Positions 46,996 to 56,334 of a DNA stretch of 64,000 nt are shown piece by piece. The position numbers and the translations under genes are program-made. A model generated the notes under the pieces. That model was not told the origin of the DNA and ran no database searches. It saw nothing but the letters and a program-made list of their open reading frames with translations. Within the stretch, counting starts at the first letter, position 1, and every line of letters starts with the position of its first letter. This stretch comes from a virus (lineage: Duplodnaviria; Caudoviricetes): IMG/VR virus record IMGVR_UViG_2925282926_000001, positions 32,001 to 96,000 of that record; one strand, 5' to 3'.

Positions 46996-48581
46996 TATAC
47001 GGTGACCTCGTTAAATATTTCGCTATCGACCGTTCCGTTTACGCGTTTCTCATCGTCGTCAATACGGCGTATCGTTTCCTCCGCCTCTGCGTCGGTTACT
47101 CCGTCGAGGTCTTTGATTGCGTCTGTTACGGACCATGTCGGTTTGTTACCTGTACGGATGCCTGCGACCTCAGCCGCTTCTTTCTCGTTGCGCGGTATTC
47201 CATCGCGCCACCCTATCGTCGGGTAAACTTCATCGTACTTTTCGAACGTTGGAACGCCTTTATTCGCGATATTTTCAAGTAGCATCGCTTTCCAAAGTGC
47301 GTTTCTAACCGCGCGATCTACATGAGTGCGGATACGTTCGACTTTCTTGAGTATCGGCATGAAACGAGCTTTAATCGCCGCACCGTCAGTGTGAGACGTG
47401 CCTGTTCCGCCGCTATCGGAAGTGATTGTCGTCCCGAATAACCATTGCGGAGTCTCTGCCATTTGGTAGATAAGTCCGAGAAGGAGCTCAAGCTCTTTAA
47501 ACGCGCCGTCTAGTTGCGAGTTCCATGTCATGTAGCCCGGCGTGACGTCGTCTTTCTCAAGCGGAATGTACTTGCCACCAAACCGTACAGATCGGTCGTC
47601 CTCTTCGTCGATGTCCGGACCAAAAGCGGTCGGATCGGAATGCTTCCAGAGAATATAATCGATCTGCACGAGGCGGTCGTTAATCGCGGCCAGCTTACTT
47701 TCCATTTTCTCAACTGTCGAGATACCGGCCCAGTGGTCATCCGTTGTCTTATGCGGAATATGATCGATGTTCAAGTGTGGCGTTCCGGTCTTCATGATGT
47801 TTACTTCGCGTCCTGTCTCGACCTTCTCTCCGACGATATATAGCGGAATTGGGACTCCTTCTGACGTATCGACTCCGTTCGGAATGAGCTTGTAACGTTC
47901 GAATACGATGTAACCGGGAATGTGTCTTTCAACGTTCAGAAAAGGCGCTTCGTTCAGCGTAACTTTACCGCGAATATACGACATAATGCTCCGGGTCTGC
48001 TCAATCTCCCACTCTACCCACGCAACGTTAACCGCCTTAAACCGTTTCTTTGATCCGCGCGCTAATTCCGGAAATACAATCGACGGGTCAACCGTTTCGA
48101 TGATCGGTTCCTTCTTCGTAGGCGGACGTTCGAGTTCGAGCTGATCCGTTTCCGTAAAGTCGTCGCGGTAGTCATACCGGACTTTCACGAACGAGTCTCC
48201 GCGATAACCGCCACCAACCGTAGTCTCGTGAATCATTTGATTTAAGTCGTTTTCCTCTACGATCGAGTTTAACCGTGATTGCTCGGTCGAATCCGGCCCC
48301 TTTCCGCTGTTGTACGTAGGTTTTTCGCCGACTAATAGGTCCGCGGGCTTCGTTACGAGTACGTCCACGATATTCACCGCGATAAACAACGTCTTAAGTT
48401 GCGGTGCGTGTGGCGTATCTTTCAATAAAGCGGATGCTCTATCGTATATTTCAGCGTGTCTGCCTTCGAATATCTTACGTCCGCGTTCGTACTTAGCTAA
48501 GCGTCGTATCTCCGTTTGTGGCGGATATTGAGCGCCTGGGTAAAACAGCTTCGTTTCCTTCACCGTATAAAATTCGGTCAA
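46995..48581 (-). CDS. Portal protein (SPP1 gp6-like)
   Basis: 528 aa after terL; KPADLLVGE, PGYMTWNSQL. Confidence 0.85.
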   Translation of the reverse strand: MTEFYTVKETKLFYPGAQYPPQTEIRRLAKYERGRKIFEGRHAEIYDRASALLKDTPHAPQLKTLFIAVNIVDVLVTKPADLLVGEKPTYNSGKGPDSTEQSRLNSIVEENDLNQMIHETTVGGGYRGDSFVKVRYDYRDDFTETDQLELERPPTKKEPIIETVDPSIVFPELARGSKKRFKAVNVAWVEWEIEQTRSIMSYIRGKVTLNEAPFLNVERHIPGYIVFERYKLIPNGVDTSEGVPIPLYIVGEKVETGREVNIMKTGTPHLNIDHIPHKTTDDHWAGISTVEKMESKLAAINDRLVQIDYILWKHSDPTAFGPDIDEEDDRSVRFGGKYIPLEKDDVTPGYMTWNSQLDGAFKELELLLGLIYQMAETPQWLFGTTITSDSGGTGTSHTDGAAIKARFMPILKKVERIRTHVDRAVRNALWKAMLLENIANKGVPTFEKYDEVYPTIGWRDGIPRNEKEAAEVAGIRTGNKPTWSVTDAIKDLDGVTDAEAEETIRRIDDDEKRVNGTVDSEIFNEVTV

Positions 48582-48599
48582 TTTGCGTCCTCCTCTCCG

Positions 48600-50366
48600 T
48601 TACATTCCGCGTGGTTTATTGCGGACTTTCTTGCGTCCTGATTTCGATATGCTGATCGCCATTTCCGCCGCATCCGGTAAATCGTCATGGCTACCGGTTC
48701 CGTAATACTCGAATTGTTCTAGTAACAGCGCGTGCCTCTTCGAAAACTGTATCGCGCCGCCTTCGATATCCGGCAGCATCGCCTCAATCCGAAGCTCTTT
48801 ACGCGACCGCTGATGTATCTCCTTAACGCGAGTTCCCGCCGGATATCCCGCAGCTCTCAGCGCCTCTTTTAGCTTCTGTACGAAAAATTCCTGCGCTGCT
48901 TGTGCCTCAGCCGCGATTCCAACCGGCTGAAACCGCACGACCTTTTCGACGATTACGCGAATAAACTCGTCAGGCTTAACGCGTTCCCCGTAAGCATCGA
49001 TAACGTACTTCGTGCCGGTCTTCTTGTGCCGCGCGATCGTAACAATAGCGGAATAGTCTCCACGCTGTTTACCCATCGCAAAGTCAACGCCGGTGTAGAC
49101 GTCTGATTCTCGCAGGATCGCGTCAAGCTCCGTCTTTCCGTCCCAATACGTAAATGACTCCGGGTTAAACACCATCGATTCCTCGTCAACCGGATTGTTT
49201 TGATACTCCGTGTTAAACGCCTTCGATCCGTTGTCCCATTTGAATTTCATCAAGCGCCATATCGGTTGTGCTTCCGGCCACAGTACGCTGACTCCGCGCT
49301 CCATTTCCTCGCGATTCGCTTCGTAAAGTTCGACCGCATCCTTTGCGCGTTCTTCCTTCGGCCTGTCCGGATCTTTATAGACGAGCCGACACGCTTCCCA
49401 CAAGTCCATCCGTTCAGGCCAATCGATAACTGCGCGATATATACGGCTTTTAAAGTCTGCGCGATTATAAAGCACGTCGACGAGGAGAGCTTCGTGGTGG
49501 ACCGTTGTTCCCATGTAAACGAATGCCGTCCGTTTACCTTTCGGATCTCCGAGCGGTACGACCGTTTGAGCGAACCAGTCCCGCAGCTTCTTACGCAAGT
49601 CCGGCGTTGATGCGTTACCGCCTGGCCGCGCATCCTCTAAGTCGTCACATACGATCAAGTCCGGACGCACGCCGTTCCAGTTACGTCCACGGAGCGCCTG
49701 GCCCGTTGATGCCGCTTCAACCTTCGTAAGTAGCTTCTTAGTACCGTCTTCGCGCGGCTCCCATGCGATAAACTCCGAGCTGTTGTCCTTCGGATTCTCC
49801 TGCTGCTTCGGACTCAACAACGGACCGAAGTCTGCGCGCAGTTTAACGTTGCTTTTAAGCTGCATCGCGATCCAATCGAGGTTGCCGGAGCTGACCGTTG
49901 GCGTATCCGAAATAATGATCTCGTACTTACGCTTCCTGTACGCAATCTCCCGCAAAGGGAAGCCCTTGGATAAATACGTTGATTTCGCGTGAGAACGGGG
50001 CGCCGCCACCGCGACCTTATCGTTTGTCGTAACGTTGGAGACATCGTCCATTATCACGGCAATTTCACGGTGAAATACAGGCGCTAAGTCCGCGTCCGTA
50101 ATATCGAAGCCGTCCCAGTTTCCGTCGTTGCCGGGATTCCGCGCTTCCGAGAAGTACTCTAGCGCAAATTCGATCAGATCCGTTTCGCATCGGTGAATCC
50201 GTTCCAACCGCTCATACTCCGCAAGCTGAGCGTCAATGTCCGCCGCGTCATCCGCTGAAAGTTCGGCGATATCTACGCCTTCGAGAACGTCTAATAGCGC
50301 GGACAGCTCGTTAAGCTTCGTCGCGCGCTCGTCTCGTCCGATCCATTTTCCGTTAGTCCATGCGAT
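48600..50366 (-). CDS. Terminase large subunit, probable ATC start (588 aa)
   Basis: APRSHAKST, IVCDDLED, GVDFAMG, HDDLPDA; frame open for 53 codons upstream to ATC after SD AAAGGAGG. Confidence 0.92.
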   Translation of the reverse strand: MAWTNGKWIGRDERATKLNELSALLDVLEGVDIAELSADDAADIDAQLAEYERLERIHRCETDLIEFALEYFSEARNPGNDGNWDGFDITDADLAPVFHREIAVIMDDVSNVTTNDKVAVAAPRSHAKSTYLSKGFPLREIAYRKRKYEIIISDTPTVSSGNLDWIAMQLKSNVKLRADFGPLLSPKQQENPKDNSSEFIAWEPREDGTKKLLTKVEAASTGQALRGRNWNGVRPDLIVCDDLEDARPGGNASTPDLRKKLRDWFAQTVVPLGDPKGKRTAFVYMGTTVHHEALLVDVLYNRADFKSRIYRAVIDWPERMDLWEACRLVYKDPDRPKEERAKDAVELYEANREEMERGVSVLWPEAQPIWRLMKFKWDNGSKAFNTEYQNNPVDEESMVFNPESFTYWDGKTELDAILRESDVYTGVDFAMGKQRGDYSAIVTIARHKKTGTKYVIDAYGERVKPDEFIRVIVEKVVRFQPVGIAAEAQAAQEFFVQKLKEALRAAGYPAGTRVKEIHQRSRKELRIEAMLPDIEGGAIQFSKRHALLLEQFEYYGTGSHDDLPDAAEMAISISKSGRKKVRNKPRGM

Positions 50367-50479
50367 AGATACCGCCTCCTTTCATAATTACGTTGATTTA
50401 GCGTGAAATTAGCGTGTTTAGGCGCTGACCCCAACGGATACACTCCGTACGGGTGAAACGCGCTATTTGTACGGTGATT

Positions 50480-50599
50480 CTACGTGAATACTACGTACAG
50501 TAACCACGCAATCAGTCCGATAGGCACCGTGACGACTACGATAGCTCCCGTAATCAGCATAAACGCGATAAATCTCCAGACGTCTTTATCCGTTCCCAT
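50480..50599 (-). CDS. 39-aa membrane peptide
   Basis: MGTDKDVWRFIAFMLITGAIVVTVPIGLIAWLLYVVFT; SD GGAGG. Confidence 0.5.
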   Translation of the reverse strand: MGTDKDVWRFIAFMLITGAIVVVTVPIGLIAWLLYVVFT

Positions 50600-51177
50600 C
50601 CACGAGCACCTCCGTAAAGTCCAAAGTTCAAATTTGATACGCGGATTTTAAATGTACCTGACCGGCCGTCCAGCGCAGGCCCCCTTGGGGGTCACGCAAG
50701 CACCGCCGCCCCTCTCCGAAATCCATCCGCCTCGCCCCGTTTATTCATCCGTACTGCATAATCGTAACGATCCCGTTTAATCACGGATATGCACGGACAT
50801 GTGCACAAAATCCCGTATACGGTGCAATAGTCCGCTCCGCAAACCCGCGCCCCGCCTACGTTTATTTCCGCTGCATAAACGCACCTTATACATCGCATAT
50901 ACATTTCCAGTTATTAACGCGTGCAACCCGCATTCCTACGCGGATTATGCCCGTTAGTAGCTGGAAGGTTATGCGCCTATTTCCCGGAGCCTATCGCGCC
51001 TATTATACGGGCAATATACAGCGAAAAATAAGCGCTATGTATAAACCTTTGTGCTTTACCGTGATGAAGCGAAAAGTTTCGGGGAGGCTGCGTGGAATGA
51101 GCGGCTTGTAGGTTATTCGGACCTATCCGAAAGCATCCGAAGTCCCTCCGCGCATCTTCCTTCATATAGTGCCCCAC

Positions 51178-51567
51178 CTACTCCGCCATTTCGGATCTCA
51201 CCTTCGCGGCCTCTATCCGTGCCTTCAACGCAGCCAGATCCGTTCCTTCGCCATCCTTCGTTTCCACTTCGATCTTGTCCGTCAACATACCGCTGATCTG
51301 TAGCGCTAGCTTCGCCATTGCCGCATTGCCATCCCGTATAGCTATCGTGGATAACGAGTCGACTAACTCCGGTAACTTAGCGCTGTTCTCACGCACAATA
51401 GCACGCTTAAACTCCGCTTCGAACGTCGCATCCTTACGCCAGTTCTCCAGTGTGCGCGCTGTTACTCCGCATATAGAAGCGATCTCCTCATACGTCTTAC
51501 CGCCCTTACGCGGCTTAGCGAGCCATTCAATCGCGATGAACTGTTCAGACGTTAATTGCTTTGCCAT
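51178..51567 (-). CDS. Terminase small subunit-like HTH protein
   Basis: TYEEIASICGVTARTLENWRK HTH upstream of terL. Confidence 0.78.
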   Translation of the reverse strand: MAKQLTSEQFIAIEWLAKPRKGGKTYEEIASICGVTARTLENWRKDATFEAEFKRAIVRENSAKLPELVDSLSTIAIRDGNAAMAKLALQISGMLTDKIEVETKDGEGTDLAALKARIEAAKVRSEMAE

Positions 51568-51661
51568 AATTACGTCAGGCTCCTTCCGTGTATTTAACGC
51601 TAATAACGCGCCATCCCACGCTCAGGCAAGGCGTAAGATAGACGCGCTATTTGTACGTTGT

Positions 51662-51862
51662 TTAATCGATATTTACCGTGATAAACGCAGGACCTACGAT
51701 TGTAAATTCACGCGGCTTATCGCTTTGCATTTCGATATGACCTCCGAATTGGCCCGCAACAGTAACGCGAATATCCGGACCTACATAGAGCGGATCAACG
51801 CTTACTCTACGTAACAGTTCCGCTTGTAAATCACGCTTACTTACCGTTGATAAATCGACCAT
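51662..51862 (-). CDS. Small hypothetical phage protein
   Basis: LSTVSKRDLQAELLRR...GPAFITVNID. Confidence 0.6.
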   Translation of the reverse strand: MVDLSTVSKRDLQAELLRRVSVDPLYVGPDIRVTVAGQFGGHIEMQSDKPREFTIVGPAFITVNID

Positions 51863-52223
51863 ATACGCTCACTCTCCGTTCGCTTAACGTAATTTAATCC
51901 GCGTAGTTAGATGTTTGACTACATGAGGGACTTCGAAGAGTACGCTTCATGCTTCTTACAGACAAAGGTTTGAGATTAAAGAATGCTGCGGCTTCGCCTT
52001 GCCCATCGCCTAGCGGCTCTGGAACATATATTTGATTACGCGTTATTCCTTATTCACAAGGACATGTTTTAAGTCCGAAGTGTCGGGCCGCTCTTGCCCG
52101 AATGTCTGTATTGTCTCGCATATCTAACTGCGCGTTAAATCCGTTATCTAAAGACTAAGAATAAATTTGACCCCATAAAACGCGCAAACCCTTGCGGCAG
52201 TAAGGCGGAGGCCACTTTTTTCG

Positions 52224-52278
52224 TGTTCGCGTTTTTACCGATAGATGCCCGTTTTTGTTCGCGTTTTTACCGATAGAT
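52224..52278. repeat. Two perfect 23-bp direct repeats (iteron-like) after the rep gene
   Basis: TGTTCGCGTTTTTACCGATAGAT at 52224-52246 and 52256-52278. Confidence 0.8.
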
Positions 52279-53097
52279 TCACGCTGAGCGCTTCGCAAAG
52301 TTGTTTCGGATAGAGAACATCTCACGGAGTGTAGCGTCTGGTTGTCCGGATTTACGGTAGAATACGAACGGGTTAATCTTGTAATAACGCGCATTCCCGT
52401 AACTCACTTCGGCAAATACGTATTGATCGCCGAATCGCAAGTTACGCAACTTCGTATATACCGATTTCTCTGTAACACGCGTCAACTGTGCGATATCTTC
52501 TTTCGTAAGCGGCAGCGTATTCTCAACGTCACGCTCGTAAGGATTTGCGCAGATCGTATTCGTTTCGAGGTGCACGTGCGGAAGCAACTTATACACGAAG
52601 CCGAGATCCTTCGCGTTAACTTCCGTATACAACTCCTTCACCTTCGCAACGAACGTCTTGATTACCGCAGTGTTATCCGTTTTACCCTGGAAGTGATAGC
52701 GCGGATTAAGGCGGTATTTATCGCCGTCCTCCTCAATCACGCCAGCCTCCGTTGTCTCCCGCAGGAAGTGGTGCAGCGTAGTTCGGCCGATCTTGAGTGT
52801 ACGCATCATGTCCTCGCGGCTCATAGCGGATTTGTCCGGATTCTCAAGGATCGCGTCGTAATTAACGAAGCATTGCAAATAAAGAAGGTACCCGCAGTGT
52901 TTATCGGATACCCTCTCGATTACTTCGTCAATATTGCGCATCTGAGTCACGGTAAACTCCGCTGTGCGCCCGCTCTGTTTCTTTGCGTAAGACTCTCGTT
53001 GTGCGGCGCTGGTAACACGGTCACCGTCCGCAAGTACCGCTGTTCGATCGTATATTTCGCCCGTTTCCGGGTCCATTAAGCGTTTATATTCGGCCAA
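52279..53097 (-). CDS. Replication initiator-like protein (RepL-like, tandem winged helix)
   Basis: DPETGEI N-terminus; two wHTH units ending YRLNPRY and YKINPFV. Confidence 0.65.
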   Translation of the reverse strand: MAEYKRLMDPETGEIYDRTAVLADGDRVTSAAQRESYAKKQSGRTAEFTVTQMRNIDEVIERVSDKHCGYLLYLQCFVNYDAILENPDKSAMSREDMMRTLKIGRTTLHHFLRETTEAGVIEEDGDKYRLNPRYHFQGKTDNTAVIKTFVAKVKELYTEVNAKDLGFVYKLLPHVHLETNTICANPYERDVENTLPLTKEDIAQLTRVTEKSVYTKLRNLRFGDQYVFAEVSYGNARYYKINPFVFYRKSGQPDATLREMFSIRNNFAKRSA

Positions 53098-53660
53098 TCT
53101 TATCGTCTCCTTAACGTTGGATTAACGTAAGGGCGTGCGGAATATACCCGCATCGTTCGTTCCCCAAACGGGATGAGCCGCTCAGTGGCGGCCCCTATCT
53201 TCTAAGTCCGCAGAATGCGTAAAAAACAACCTCCCAAGAAGGATTTTCCGCCAATTTGACGAATTTATTTTCGTATGAAAACGCTAATTACAGACCGCCG
53301 CCCTCGCACAAGTCCGCGTTACTATTTACGAACCCGGCGCACATACGATCGCAGATTACGGAGGTACAGTCGAAAAGTATACGCCAGATTACGTTAAGAT
53401 CGCCGGCACGTATTTCAGGCGCGATATCTTCGTATTTAAGGCGCAGCAGGCACGAAAAAGACCGGATTAGCTCCGGTCCCACCTTCGTATCAATCGCAAT
53501 ATCCTCCGCCATTTCCGCGCCAATCCCGTCTGCCTAGCGATCTTCCGCACATCAACGCGCTTTTTCATCCGACACCGCCGCTTTAACCTCACGCCACTCG
53601 CCGCCTGCTACCCGTATATAGCTCCGCCCACCTATACGTTTGCCTGCCGCAAACATCCGC

Positions 53661-53867
53661 TTATTCATACGCAAGTACCTCCTTGCGCGCATCGTTTAAG
53701 TTACGTAATTTCGCTATCTTTTGGTCGGTTGTATAGTCCGCTTGATTCACGATAGAGTCAACGATACCGATGAATGTCGCGGAGATTAGCGAAATGCGCT
53801 CTCTTTCGCTGGGATCGAACGCATAAACGTGTTGTAATAAGATTGACGCGTACATTTCTTTGCTCAT
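53661..53867 (-). CDS. Hypothetical protein
   Basis: SD GGGAGG. Confidence 0.55.
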   Translation of the reverse strand: MSKEMYASILLQHVYAFDPSERERISLISATFIGIVDSIVNQADYTTDQKIAKLRNLNDARKEVLAYE

Positions 53868-54138
53868 CTTCCGCCCACCTCCCGAAAGTATTCGTTAACC
53901 TGGCGATCAAGTAACGTATGGCCGCGGATGATCCAGCGAGTCTCACCGGTGTAAGCGGCCGGCGTTGTCATGCGGGCGATTGCGAAGGTGCGCGGCGGGA
54001 ATCCGAATTTAGCGAAAGGCTTAACGCAGATAACGCGCTTAGTCGGCGTATTAGCGTTGCCTGTGCCGGCGCATCCGTAGCATACGTAGGTTTCGTTGTA
54101 GCGGCCGGTTCCGTTGCATCGTTCGCAGCGTACGTAGG

Positions 54139-54231
54139 CTACTTCCGCCGACTGTTCCGAATTGATAGCGTCAGAGCTACGATGGATATCACCAATCCGA
54201 CTACTCCGATGATCGTTATTACCGTTGTCAT
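54139..54231 (-). CDS. 30-aa hydrophobic peptide with basic tail
   Basis: MTTVITIIGVVGLVISIVALTLSIRNSRRK; SD GGGAGGT. Confidence 0.65.
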   Translation of the reverse strand: MTTVITIIGVVGLVISIVALTLSIRNSRRK

Positions 54232-54325
54232 ATCGATTACCTCCCATATATGTTTAACATGCGCGGTTCATTGTGGTATATTGGAGTGAGAAGGCGCTGT
54301 GTTAGCCGCCCTCTTTTGGAATCCC

Positions 54326-54457
54326 TTAACGCTTGCGCCGTTTACGCTTGTTTCGGGTTCCATTCTTCTTGCTCTTAGCAGTACTTCGTAAGTTGACGAT
54401 AGCCGTCGTCATGTTTACGGTTGCCGTTAGGAGCAAGACCCACTCTAAAACCTGCAT
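54326..54457 (-). CDS. 43-aa hydrophobic peptide with basic tail (type I toxin-like)
   Basis: MQVLEWVLLLTATVNMTTAIVNLRSTAKSKKNGTRNKRKRRKR; SD AAGGAGGTG. Confidence 0.7.
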   Translation of the reverse strand: MQVLEWVLLLTATVNMTTAIVNLRSTAKSKKNGTRNKRKRRKR

Positions 54458-54565
54458 GTTGTTCACCTCCTTATATACTAATTATACACTAGTGTATATT
54501 CAATAGTCAATAGTTTGACTAAAATTAAATAATAGTTATAATTGAGGAGAACGGAGGTGTCACGT

Positions 54566-54787
54566 ATGTTAAAAGTAACGCCACGCCTCGACGAACTACG
54601 CAAAGCCGCCGGCATGACACAGGTAGAACTCGCAGAAAAGGCCGGGATACCGCAGGCCGCAATATCACGTTTTGACCGCGCGTCACAAGGTTCATACGCT
54701 AATATTATCGCAATAGCCCGCGCGTTGAACGTTCCGGTCGAGGCGCTATTCCATATCGAAGAAACCGACGAAAGCGCCCCGGAATGA
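54566..54787 (+). CDS. XRE-family HTH regulator
   Basis: LRKAAGMTQVELAEKAGIPQAAISRFD. Confidence 0.88.
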   Translation: MLKVTPRLDELRKAAGMTQVELAEKAGIPQAAISRFDRASQGSYANIIAIARALNVPVEALFHIEETDESAPE

Positions 54788-54801
54788 GGCGCTTCTTTTC
54801 G

Positions 54802-55608
54802 TTATGCGGCCGTTAATAGCTCGGCAACTTCTTCCGCTTCCTCACGCACTATCTCCGTTTCATTCATCGCGCCCATCTCGGTAGCCCAACGCTTGCCAAT
54901 GCCGACGCAATTAACGAAGGGCTCCGTAAGTTCGCCGCCATTTTCGTAGAGATTATACGTAACTACTTTACCAGGCGCGATGTCGCGTAAGTATTGGATC
55001 GCACGTTTCCTATTCCGTATCTTAGCGGACGAGTCCACGTGTAACAGCTCGCTCATTGAACGAGTCCTGCGAATGGGTCTTCGGTAATCCTTTCCGTCAG
55101 TAGCCAGGTGTACGCCTGTTTTAGAGTGCATCTCCGCCGTCCCACCATCTCCTTCAACATTAAGACCGGTCTCCCCGCCCATATTGGTATCCTCGGTTCC
55201 TCTCCTCCCTTCTCTTCTGCGCGCCATCATTGTATCAGAGAATATCGGGTACTCATTATGCTCACATTTATAAGGGTCTTCGTCTACAAGCTCTTCGTGG
55301 AGGACGATGTTAGTTAGCCGATCCATTAGCTTCATATCAGTTGGTACTGCAGCAGGACGCTCTCCTTTAGCGCCCGCAGCGAACCACTCATCGACAATCC
55401 GTTGATTAAACTCACCATGACTGCCGTAGTATTCTTTTTGAATAGCAGCAACCAGTAGCATCCGCGTCTCCCGATCCCGCAAGTCATGCGTAATCCCTCC
55501 GTACTCGAACGGAATTTGCGGACAACCCGCAGCTTTGAACCTTGCGCGTAGTATAAACTCCATAGCCTCCGTTGCCTGTACCGTATCCTCGCGATATGTT
55601 GTTGTCAT
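54802..55608 (-). CDS. Hypothetical phage protein
   Basis: 268 aa, SD GAGGAGG; HEEL...EYPIFS motif. Confidence 0.7.
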   Translation of the reverse strand: MTTTYREDTVQATEAMEFILRARFKAAGCPQIPFEYGGITHDLRDRETRMLLVAAIQKEYYGSHGEFNQRIVDEWFAAGAKGERPAAVPTDMKLMDRLTNIVLHEELVDEDPYKCEHNEYPIFSDTMMARRREGRRGTEDTNMGGETGLNVEGDGGTAEMHSKTGVHLATDGKDYRRPIRRTRSMSELLHVDSSAKIRNRKRAIQYLRDIAPGKVVTYNLYENGGELTEPFVNCVGIGKRWATEMGAMNETEIVREEAEEVAELLTAA

Positions 55609-56015
55609 TAAACCGCCTCCTCTTCGTTATCTTCGATTTCTCCGTCAAACTCAACGCTAACCTCTCCGTACTCCCAACGCTTATAAACCGCCGCCATCTT
55701 CTCCGCCGCGTCATCGATCAACTTGGCGACTCCCTGCTGCGTAATTCCCATCTGACGCGCTGCTTCCGCTTGTGTAACGTCAATTCCGTATACAAACGCA
55801 ATCGCTTCCGTCTGGCGATCTGTCAAGGCAGCGCTGTTAATTGCGCTATGCAAATCAACGAGGATACAGACCGCGTCATAATCGCCGCGAAAGCGAGCCG
55901 AGCTAATCCGGTGGCGATCGCGTAATAACGCCTTAACTCCGGCCGCGTCGTTTAGCGAGTATCTAACGTTGTAGCTGCGCGAACCCTTTTCTATGTCAAT
56001 CTTCACATGACCGAT
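55608..56015 (-). CDS. Sigma-70 region 4-like HTH regulator (candidate late activator), probable ATC start
   Basis: LTDRQTEAI...TQAEAARQMGITQQGV; SD AAAGGGAG 9 nt before the in-frame ATC. Confidence 0.75.
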   Translation of the reverse strand: MGHVKIDIEKGSRSYNVRYSLNDAAGVKALLRDRHRISSARFRGDYDAVCILVDLHSAINSAALTDRQTEAIAFVYGIDVTQAEAARQMGITQQGVAKLIDDAAEKMAAVYKRWEYGEVSVEFDGEIEDNEEEAV

Positions 56016-56133
56016 GGTAATCCGCTCCCTTTTAACGATGAGAAGGCGCAGGCCGAGCGGATGATCTCACGTTAACAAGACACCGCCCGAGCCTGCCGCT
56101 CCTCTATCGTGAATTTTTTGAACACTTACGTTT

Positions 56134-56334
56134 TCATACGTATGACCGCGTAATCCCCAACTCGTTCTCTACGTACTGTACCTCGCAAAATCCGTCGTGT
56201 GTCTTCGCACCGCTTGCGTAAGATGTAACCGGATGACTGCGCTCAATCGGCTCGCCGCAATATACGCAGTAACCGACGATATCCACACGTTCATCTGGCG
56301 GCTGGAAACGGTCAAGGCTCACGTTCATCATCAC
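56134..56334 (-). CDS. Small zinc-finger-like protein
   Basis: CVYCGEPI...HDGFC. Confidence 0.6.
   Translation of the reverse strand: MMMNVSLDRFQPPDERVDIVGYCVYCGEPIERSHPVTSYASGAKTHDGFCEVQYVENELGITRSYV

Noticed and set aside
53864-54247. 127-aa ORF as called by the track
   Set aside because: Its 5' third overlaps the better-supported 30-aa peptide in another frame and its ATG overlaps that peptide's SD; only the Cys-rich 3' part looks coding
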